A program made the position numbers and the translations under genes. DNA of 64,000 bases from Candidatus Doudnabacteria bacterium (GTDB taxonomy: Bacteria > Patescibacteriota > Doudnabacteria > UBA920 > VMFF01). Below the pieces are notes generated by a model. The model saw only the letters and a list, made by a program, of their open reading frames with translations. It was not told the DNA's origin and did not search any database. The stretch covers positions 337,663-401,662 of the forward strand of contig CAWIZL010000002.1 in the NCBI GenBank assembly GCA_963840645.1, in the 5' to 3' direction. Numbering within the stretch: position 1 is the first letter of the stretch; every line of letters starts with the position of its first letter. Of this stretch, positions 57,977-64,000 are shown in pieces.

Positions 57977-58617
57977 ATGAAAATTACAAAGTTTGGCCAC
58001 TGCTGCCTCTTCGTAGAGCACGCGGGGGTTACCATTCTGACAGATCCAGGTAGCTACAGCGACATGGACGCAATAAAGGCGCTCACCGGCATTGATGCGT
58101 TTGTCATCACGCACGAGCACCAAGACCACTTCCACGTGGACACGCTCAAGGAGCTCTGCAGAAAAACCCAAGCGCAGCTGTCATCACGAACACTGCTGTT
58201 GGCAACATTCTGAAAGCTGAGGACATCAAGTTTACGCTCGTTGGCGATGGCCAGTCTGCCAGTGTGCGCGACGTAGCCATTGAGGGCTTTGGCACGAAGC
58301 ACGCCATAATTTACGACAAGCTCGGCGACGTTGAGAACACTAGCTACTTAATTGGCGGCAAGCTGTACTACCCAGGCGATGCGTTCCACGAACCAGGCAA
58401 GCCTGTTGAGATTTTGGCACTGCCCATTGCTGGCCCTTGGATGAAGATCGCAGAGTGCATTGATTTTGCGCGCGCTGTGAAGCCATCCCACGCGTTCGGC
58501 GTGCACGATGCCATGATGGTGCAGCCGAGCTTTGTAGACACAATGCTGCCAACGATCCTCACGAAGTACGGCATTAACTACAGCAAGCTTGAACACGGAA
58601 AACCACAGGAATTCTAG
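57977..58617 (+). CDS. MBL-fold metallo-hydrolase (apparent frameshift in the A5 run 58162-58166)
   Basis: ITHEHQDHF motif. After ..LKELC the adjacent frame reads KNPSAAVITNTAVGNILK...VRDVAIEGFGTKH and continues into the ORF 58264-58617. Confidence 0.75.
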
Positions 58618-58708
58618 CCTCTTGACACTATCCACAGAAACACTAGCATTTCTGCGTACCTGTGCTACACTACCTACAGAAAAGCCAATAAATAATTAAG
58701 ACACACAC

Positions 58709-58993
58709 ATGGCAAAGCCACTGAATAAGTCCCAGCTGCTGCAGCACCTCGCTGAAAAGTCTGGAAAAACCCGCAAGGAAGTTTCTGAGTTCCTCGACCT
58801 GATCGTTGAGACAGCGTACTCAGAAGCTAAGAAGAACGGTGAGTTTGCATTCCCAGGTCTCGGCAAGCTGCAGAAGAAGGATCGCGCAGCACGCATGGGT
58901 CGCAACCCAGCAACAGGCGAGTCAATCAGCATCCCAGCAAAGACTGTCGTGAAGTTCCGCATGTCAAAGGCTGCTAAGGACGCAATTCTGTAA
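58709..58993 (+). CDS. hup: HU family DNA-binding protein
   Basis: 94 aa. KSQLLQHLAEKSG.TRKEV...FPGLGKL....RAARMGRNPATGE.I.IPA..VVKFR. Confidence 0.9.
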   Translation: MAKPLNKSQLLQHLAEKSGKTRKEVSEFLDLIVETAYSEAKKNGEFAFPGLGKLQKKDRAARMGRNPATGESISIPAKTVVKFRMSKAAKDAIL

Positions 58994-59042
58994 AAGGCTA
59001 GCTAGGCTAGAAACCAAAGTTTGGAACCTTAGACCCACCGAA

Positions 59043-59063
59043 AGGTGGGTTTAAAATCGCCCG
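59043..59063 (+). terminator. Weak hairpin terminator after hup
   Basis: ACCCACC-gaaa-GGTGGGT followed by TTTAAAAT. Confidence 0.4.
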
Positions 59064-59084
59064 CATGTTTGCTATGCTGTCCCC

Positions 59085-59840
59085 ATGCCAGACTACGTCA
59101 GCCAGCAAGAGCTCCACAAGCAGATAGATACGTACACGCCAACGGACAACTACGAAAAGGTTCGAAGGCTGGTTGATTTTGAAAAAGGTGGTTTGAAAAT
59201 TTTAATTATTGGGTCAGGGTACGGTGCGCTGGACGAACGCCTACGGAAATTTGGCAACGAGGCCATTGGCACAGATATAAATATTTCAGAGTTAAACAAG
59301 ATTGCGCAATCGCATGGCGACTTCATTGAGTGCGACATCACGCAGCCATGGCCAGAAAATTTGCGCGGCCAAAACTTTGACCTTGCTATCATGACAGACG
59401 TGCCTGAGCACGTGTACGATCCAGCGTTCTTGCTCGAGGAGGCAAAGCTTAGCCTCGCGCCAAACGGAAAAATAATTTTCGGTGTGCCAAATGCGTTTGA
59501 CCTGCGCCAGCGTGTGCACATGCTGCGTGGAAAGGGGATAGTGCACTGGGACAACGTGCGCTACGGAGAACCTGGCTGGCGCTACGCGCACGTGAGATTT
59601 TTTTCGTACGGTGATGTACTTGACGTGTGCGCAGCAACAGGTTGGCACGTACAAAAAATGCAGCTCAACTTCATGGCAGGTGGCGTGCTGCCCCGCCGTG
59701 CGCTGCCACCGTTCGTTCGCCGCTGGCTCGTGTCACAGTGGCCGGGACTATTTTCTGGAAAGTTCATTGCGCTACTGTCACGAGACAAAATAAAAGAGCA
59801 GGAGTTCATCCTGCTCGACCACACGCCGCTCAACATGTAG
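59085..59840 (+). CDS. Class I SAM-dependent methyltransferase
   Basis: 251 aa. Motif I ILIIGSGYG, post-I GTDI, and FDLAIMTDVPEHV. Confidence 0.75.
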   Translation: MPDYVSQQELHKQIDTYTPTDNYEKVRRLVDFEKGGLKILIIGSGYGALDERLRKFGNEAIGTDINISELNKIAQSHGDFIECDITQPWPENLRGQNFDLAIMTDVPEHVYDPAFLLEEAKLSLAPNGKIIFGVPNAFDLRQRVHMLRGKGIVHWDNVRYGEPGWRYAHVRFFSYGDVLDVCAATGWHVQKMQLNFMAGGVLPRRALPPFVRRWLVSQWPGLFSGKFIALLSRDKIKEQEFILLDHTPLNM

Positions 59841-59871
59841 CAAACGCGTGGCGTGGTATAATTGCGTCAGG

Positions 59872-60357
59872 TCACTGCGCTGGCTGGCCGAACTCTTCAA
59901 CCACAAAGTTTGTACGCTGCCCATTGTAGACAACAGACCGCTCTGCAATGCCAACCTGTGTGAACGATGGATCCAAAATATTCGCGCGGTGTTCAGGGCT
60001 CGCCATCCAGGCTGTCTCGATCTGTGTAGACGTTCCAAAGTTCATGGCAAGGTTTTCGCCAGCGCTCTGGTACACGTAGCCTGATCGTCGTATGAAGTAC
60101 CACGGGTTCACGCCCTGCGGCGACACGTGGGCAAAGTAGTCGTTCTGTACCATGTCATCCAGCTTGAGGTTTGCAGCTAACGTTAAGTCTGCGCTCACCA
60201 CGAGTGGGGGAATGCCCTGGCTGGCACGGTCAGCGTTCGCCAAGGCCACAATGTCCTGTCCATCGGCAGCAGCCTGTGTGTTTGCAGCTGTAACGCCGTA
60301 GCCCAACAGGGACAAACAAAAAACCGCCGTCACAATTGCTAAGTATTTAGGTTTCAT
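59872..60357 (-). CDS. CAP (SCP/PR1-like, YkwD-type) domain secreted protein
   Basis: 161 aa. Signal peptide, then NADRASQGIPPL.....L..AA..K..DM....YFAH.SP.G and GENLA. Confidence 0.75.
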   Translation of the reverse strand: MKPKYLAIVTAVFCLSLLGYGVTAANTQAAADGQDIVALANADRASQGIPPLVVSADLTLAANLKLDDMVQNDYFAHVSPQGVNPWYFIRRSGYVYQSAGENLAMNFGTSTQIETAWMASPEHRANILDPSFTQVGIAERSVVYNGQRTNFVVEEFGQPAQ

Positions 60358-60427
60358 TTTTATTTTTGTTTCGAACGCAGAACTCTTACCAATCTATTAT
60401 AGCAGAAACGAGCTAACCTGTAAAGAC

Positions 60428-61519
60428 ATGGATGAAATTTTTCCTGAAGACCAATTTCAAATCAAACAGAGAACACCTGTAAGCCCTCCGACTAGGCCAG
60501 GGGTGCTCCGACGTCTGGTGAGGATTTTCCTAACGTTGGTAATTTTTGTCCTGGTTGTTTACGGCATTGGTGCATGGTACGTGCACAAGGCTGCTGGCAG
60601 CATTGCGGACAAGTCTTCAACCTCAATGTCTGCGTTCACCATCACAAAAGGTGAAAACTTTATTTCTGTCGGACAGGCTCTTGCATCAAAAAAATTAATT
60701 TCAAGTGCGCTGTCGTTCGATACGTACGGTTTTTTTACGGGAAAAATCCACGCGCTAGAATCTGGCGAGTACGTCGTGTCACCGAGCATGACCCTCGCGC
60801 AAATTACGTCAGAGATCAGCGGTGGAAAAATTATCGACCAGTTTGAGGTGGTGCGAATTCGTGAAGGTGGCACAGTGACCCAGCTCGCCGACCAGCTCCA
60901 GTCGCAAGGTCTCGGCACTGCTGCAGATTTTCAAGCTCAGGCTGACGCAGCAGCTCAGACCTACACGTACCTCGGTGAAGATCCGTCGACAAAATCTTTG
61001 GAAGGCTACCTGTTTCCAGATACGTACTTTATCTCGCAGAAGAACCCTGACCCAGACCTCATCTCAGAGGCGCTCAATAATTTTTCTGCAAAGGTCACGC
61101 CGCTCATGCCAGAGGTTAAAGCCAGCGGCATGAGCCTGCACGACGTCATCACGCTCGCATCGATTGTTGAAAAAGAGGTCAGCACAGATTCTGACAGAAA
61201 AATAGTTGCAGGAATTTTCTTGAAGCGCCTGAGCATCGGCATGCCGCTCGAGAGCAACGCAACGCTCGGCTACGTGCTCGGCGGCAACACGAGCATGCTG
61301 AGCACGAGCGAAGAGCAGACAGACTCGCCGTACAACGACTACACGCACAAAGGTTTGCCGCCAACGCCAATCGGCAGCCCGTCGCTCTCTTCTATAGATG
61401 CGGTGCTCAACCCAACCAAGACAGGCTACCTGTACTTCATTGCAGCTCCAGATGGCACGGTGTACTACGCTTCGACGCTTGAGCAGCAAGATGCGAACAT
61501 TCAGAAGTACCTGGAGTAG
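60428..61519 (+). CDS. mltG: Endolytic transglycosylase MltG (YceG-like)
   Basis: 363 aa. N-terminal TM, then LEGYLFPDTY, ITLASIVEKE, YNDYTHKGLPPTPIGSP and YFIA. Confidence 0.88.
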   Translation: MDEIFPEDQFQIKQRTPVSPPTRPGVLRRLVRIFLTLVIFVLVVYGIGAWYVHKAAGSIADKSSTSMSAFTITKGENFISVGQALASKKLISSALSFDTYGFFTGKIHALESGEYVVSPSMTLAQITSEISGGKIIDQFEVVRIREGGTVTQLADQLQSQGLGTAADFQAQADAAAQTYTYLGEDPSTKSLEGYLFPDTYFISQKNPDPDLISEALNNFSAKVTPLMPEVKASGMSLHDVITLASIVEKEVSTDSDRKIVAGIFLKRLSIGMPLESNATLGYVLGGNTSMLSTSEEQTDSPYNDYTHKGLPPTPIGSPSLSSIDAVLNPTKTGYLYFIAAPDGTVYYASTLEQQDANIQKYLE

Positions 61520-61595
61520 CCACTGGCGAGCCTTCTGGTAAATGAGATTAAATCCAGATTAAATAACTTGCGTAAAATTTTCCAGCTGTGCTACT

Positions 61596-62207
61596 GTGGT
61601 TGAGCTACAAAAATTACCCACAAACTTTATGGAGAACACCCCACCACAAACATCCGAAGATCTACGAGACCAGCGCTTGCTCGAAAAAATAGAGTCAATG
61701 TTAGAAAAAATAGAGTCAATGTTAGATAGGAAGCTAGATGCGAAGTTTTCAACTCTTGATCCTCTGTTTGGGTCTATCCATGACAGCTTTCTTGCAATCG
61801 ATGAAAGGTTCAAGGTAGTCGATGAAAGGTTCAGGGCAATGGATGAAAGGTTCAGGGCAATGGATGAAAGGTTCAGGGCAATGGATGAAAAATTCACCCG
61901 CAAGTTTACTGAAATGGATGAAAAAATTAGCGCTCTACAGCTCTCAATGATTGACGTGCAGGAAAAGGTAACTGTGCTCACAGGAGACATGGCCAATGTT
62001 AAAGAAACGCTCGGCCACCACACCACAACGCTCGATGCAATCTCGCACAGAATGGATAAGTGGGACAAAGAATTTCCAATCATGAGCCACAATGTCTTGA
62101 GAATTGATAGGTGGGTGACAGAAGCAGCTCCAATTGTGGGTGTGAAGTACGTACGAGAAGACAATTCGCGCGATTATTTAGCACAAAAGTCAGATTTGCC
62201 TTCTTAG
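61596..62207 (+). CDS. Hypothetical coiled-coil protein with heptad tandem repeats
   Basis: 203 aa. (LEKIESM)x2 and (DERFRAM)x3, flanked by degenerate copies (IDERFKVV, DEKFTRK). The start is uncertain: GTG 61596 or ATG 61629. Confidence 0.5.
   Translation: MVELQKLPTNFMENTPPQTSEDLRDQRLLEKIESMLEKIESMLDRKLDAKFSTLDPLFGSIHDSFLAIDERFKVVDERFRAMDERFRAMDERFRAMDEKFTRKFTEMDEKISALQLSMIDVQEKVTVLTGDMANVKETLGHHTTTLDAISHRMDKWDKEFPIMSHNVLRIDRWVTEAAPIVGVKYVREDNSRDYLAQKSDLPS
61693..61734 (+). repeat. Perfect 21-bp tandem repeat x2 (in-frame)
   Basis: GAAAAAATAGAGTCAATGTTA occurs twice. Confidence 0.9.
61810..61914 (+). repeat. 21-bp tandem repeat x5 (three perfect, two degenerate; in-frame)
   Basis: The unit GATGAAAGGTTCAGGGCAATG is perfect at 61831, 61852 and 61873. 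Confidence 0.9.
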
Positions 62208-62269
62208 GCAAGTCGTGCTACAATCTATTCAAATAGAATACTCCTAAGAAAGTCGGCGCGCGAAAGCGT

Positions 62270-62449
62270 ATAATCCGTGCAAGCGGCAAGCCTACCGAGG
62301 AAGAGAGCGTTCGTGGGCAGGTGGTGTAAGCCAAGCAGCCACAGCGCTGTTCTGAACTCGGGTAAAACCGAGTTCTTGTGCTTTTTGGGATACGGTCGAT
62401 TCTATTGTCCGAGCCTTTTGGCTCAAACTAAAGTAAGAAAACGCACACT
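62270..62449 (+). promoter_or_regulatory. rplJ 5' leader with attenuator-like hairpin (possible L10 leader)
   Basis: ~180-nt untranslated GC-rich region upstream of rplJ. GAACTCGG-gtaaaa-CCGAGTTC (62354-62375) is followed by TTGTGCTTTTT. A second hairpin GAGCCttttGGCTC lies just before the RBS region. Confidence 0.4.
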
Positions 62450-62971
62450 ATGGCAGTTACCAGAAAAAAGAAAGAGTCAGAACTCGCAGAAGTCGAAGCT
62501 CAGCTCGATGGCGCAAAAGCAGTTGTCTTCGCAGACTACCGCGGCACGACAGTCAAGAAAATTGACGAGCTCCGCCGCAGCTTAAGCCGCGAGAACGTCA
62601 GCACAAAGGTTGCCAAGATCACGCTCATCAGGCTTGCCCTGAAAAAGCTTGGCATTGACGCCACCATGCTCGACCCAAAGGCTCCAATTGCAATGGTCGT
62701 CTCGAAAGATGACGAAGTTGCACCAGCCAGAATTCTCTCAGAGTTCGCAAAGGTCAACAAGAACGTCCGCCTGCTCATGGGCATCATGGAGAACAGGTTT
62801 GTCACGGCAGCTGAGGTCGCAAGCCTCGCCACAATGCCGAGCAAGCTGGAGCTCCGCGCAAAGCTGGTGGGCACAATGGCAGCTCCAGTATCAGGTTTCG
62901 TGAACGTGCTCGCAGGCAATCTGCGCAGCCTCGTCTACGTCCTGAGCGCAGTTGCAGAGTCAAAGCAGTAG
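62450..62971 (+). CDS. rplJ: 50S ribosomal protein L10
   Basis: 173 aa. VVFADYRGTTVKKIDELRRSL pattern. Confidence 0.92.
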   Translation: MAVTRKKKESELAEVEAQLDGAKAVVFADYRGTTVKKIDELRRSLSRENVSTKVAKITLIRLALKKLGIDATMLDPKAPIAMVVSKDDEVAPARILSEFAKVNKNVRLLMGIMENRFVTAAEVASLATMPSKLELRAKLVGTMAAPVSGFVNVLAGNLRSLVYVLSAVAESKQ

Positions 62972-63001
62972 CTATTTATTAAGAACCAAGGAATCACACA
63001 C

Positions 63002-63415
63002 ATGGCAGATGAAGAGAAAGCAACAGTAGAAGTACCAGAGAAGTTCAAGGCTCTCGTCGAGAAGATTGAGCAGCTCTCAGTGCTCGAACTCTCAGAGCTC
63101 GTCAAAGTGCTCGAGGGCAAGTTTGGCGTTTCAGCAGCAGCACCTATGATGATGGGCGCAATGCCAGCAGCAGGCGCAGGCGCCGGTGCAGCAGCTGAGG
63201 AAAAGTCAGAGTTCGCAGTTGAGATCACCGATGGTGGCGCAACGAAGATCGCCGTCATCAAGGTTGTCCGTGAACTGACAGGCCTTGGCCTCAAAGAGGC
63301 AAAGGACATGGTTGACGGTGCGCCGAAAGTTGTGAAAGAGAACGTTGGCAAGGCAGACGCTGAGGCCATGAAGAAGAAGCTCGAGGAAGCTGGCGCAAAG
63401 GTTACCCTCAAGTAG
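63002..63415 (+). CDS. rplL: 50S ribosomal protein L7/L12
   Basis: 137 aa. Ala-rich hinge and [28 protein letters not shown]. Confidence 0.95.
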   Translation: MADEEKATVEVPEKFKALVEKIEQLSVLELSELVKVLEGKFGVSAAAPMMMGAMPAAGAGAGAAAEEKSEFAVEITDGGATKIAVIKVVRELTGLGLKEAKDMVDGAPKVVKENVGKADAEAMKKKLEEAGAKVTLK

Positions 63416-63439
63416 GGAACACCAGCTTCGCGTGTACTG

Positions 63440-63470
63440 AACAGGAAGCCGCTACTGGCTTCCTGTTTTA
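63440..63470 (+). terminator. Rho-independent terminator after rplL
   Basis: AACAGGAAGCC-gctact-GGCTTCCTGTT followed by TTAATTT. Confidence 0.6.
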
Positions 63471-63505
63471 ATTTAGATTTCATGTGCACGGTGTACAGTT
63501 CCTGC

Positions 63506-64000
63506 ATGGAGCAAAGAACGTACATCCAGGAAACAGACGAGGCGCTCGCTGCGCTATCGTTGGAGTACGCAGCAGCGTACAACGTGCTGGTTGAGCGCCA
63601 CAGAGAGGCGCTCGTGCGGTTCGTGTTCAAGAGGTTCACCCAAGAGAGGTTTGCAGCAGAGGACGTGGCGCAGGAAGCGTTCATGAGGGCGTACGTGAGC
63701 CTGCGCACGTTTGACCCGTCAAAAAAGTTTAAGACCTGGCTCTACGCAATTGCAGTCAACGCTGCGCGGAGCGCCACGCGGCCGGGCATGCCAGAAGACA
63801 TTGAGGCGTACTCAAACGTGCTCTGCTCTACCGGCATTTCTCCAGAGAGCCACCTCCAGGCTTCATTTGAGTGCACGCAGCTCTCCACGGCGCTCTCGTG
63901 CCTCGAGCGACACTACAGGGTTGTGCTCGACATGCACTACAGGCAAGAGCTCACGTACGTTGAGATTGGCAGTGCCCTTGGCCTGAGGCTCTCAACGGTG
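63506..64000 (+). CDS. RNA polymerase sigma-70 family (ECF-type) sigma factor, 3' end off window
   Basis: Open frame with no stop, so it is absent from the track: MEQRTYIQETDEALAAL..YNVLVERHREALVRFVFKRF..AEDVAQEAFMRAYVSLRTFDP..FKTWLYAIAVNAAR (region 2) and YRVVLDMHYRQELTYVEIGSALGL (region 4). Confidence 0.75.
   Translation, partial: MEQRTYIQETDEALAALSLEYAAAYNVLVERHREALVRFVFKRFTQERFAAEDVAQEAFMRAYVSLRTFDPSKKFKTWLYAIAVNAARSATRPGMPEDIEAYSNVLCSTGISPESHLQASFECTQLSTALSCLERHYRVVLDMHYRQELTYVEIGSALGLRLSTV

Noticed and set aside
61693-61914. CRISPR-like array, given the regularly spaced identical 21-bp units.
   Set aside because: The repeats are directly tandem with no spacers. They are in frame inside a coiled-coil ORF, and no cas genes are nearby.
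62935-63708. 257-aa minus-strand ORF, and the + ORF 63711-63986.
   Set aside because: They lie antisense or out of frame to rplL and the ECF sigma gene, and have low-complexity Ser/Ala composition. The true sigma frame has no stop in the window and was therefore missing from the track.

Overview
64 kb from a GC-rich (by eye mid-50s % GC) small-genome bacterium. The gene content suggests a CPR/Patescibacteria (Saccharibacteria-like) lineage: ECF sigma with a DUF5667-type partner, DUF5666 repeat protein, short EF-Ts, ComFC, LemA-HtpX, gatCAB. This taxonomic call is inference only. All family names come from motif recognition by eye, since no searches were run.

Layout:
- 1-1.7 kb: sigma/anti-sigma pair and an MGMT-like gene.
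- 1.8-11.3 kb: accessory region next to tRNA-Ser(GCU). It holds a ClpP-like gene, an intact 1.2-kb IS with inverted repeats, and a sharply AT-rich 5.6-kb island. The island is bounded by tRNA-Ser 3'-end-like repeats and has no integrase. It carries a co-oriented operon of DUF2130, an OLD-like ABC ATPase/TOPRIM-like protein, KTSC, an Eco47II-like restriction enzyme, a C5 methyltransferase and an unknown gene.
- 11.6-43 kb: core genes comFC, clpC, recX, lemA-htpX, gatCAB, pyrC/pyrD, miaA, thrS (with a T-box-like leader), dnaE, ftsW/rodA, rplY, prmC-prfA-rpmE, rpsB-tsf.
- 43.2-44.1 kb: tRNA-Tyr(GUA) interrupted by a ~199-nt group I intron, then tRNA-Thr x2, rpmG and tRNA-Trp.
- 44-64 kb: mixed core and accessory genes, including lysS, an ABC-2 exporter, hup, mltG, rplJ-rplL and a second ECF sigma running off the window.

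Most notable observations: the island and its candidate defence operon; the intron-containing tRNA-Tyr; an ORF-less promoter-to-terminator unit at 25.0-25.55 kb; a structured leader upstream of a peptidase E-like gene; and a ~105-bp intergenic repeat family.

Caveat: more than 20 genes, including essential ones, carry single-nucleotide frameshifts. This looks like consensus error, so split ORFs in the track are merged here and flagged.
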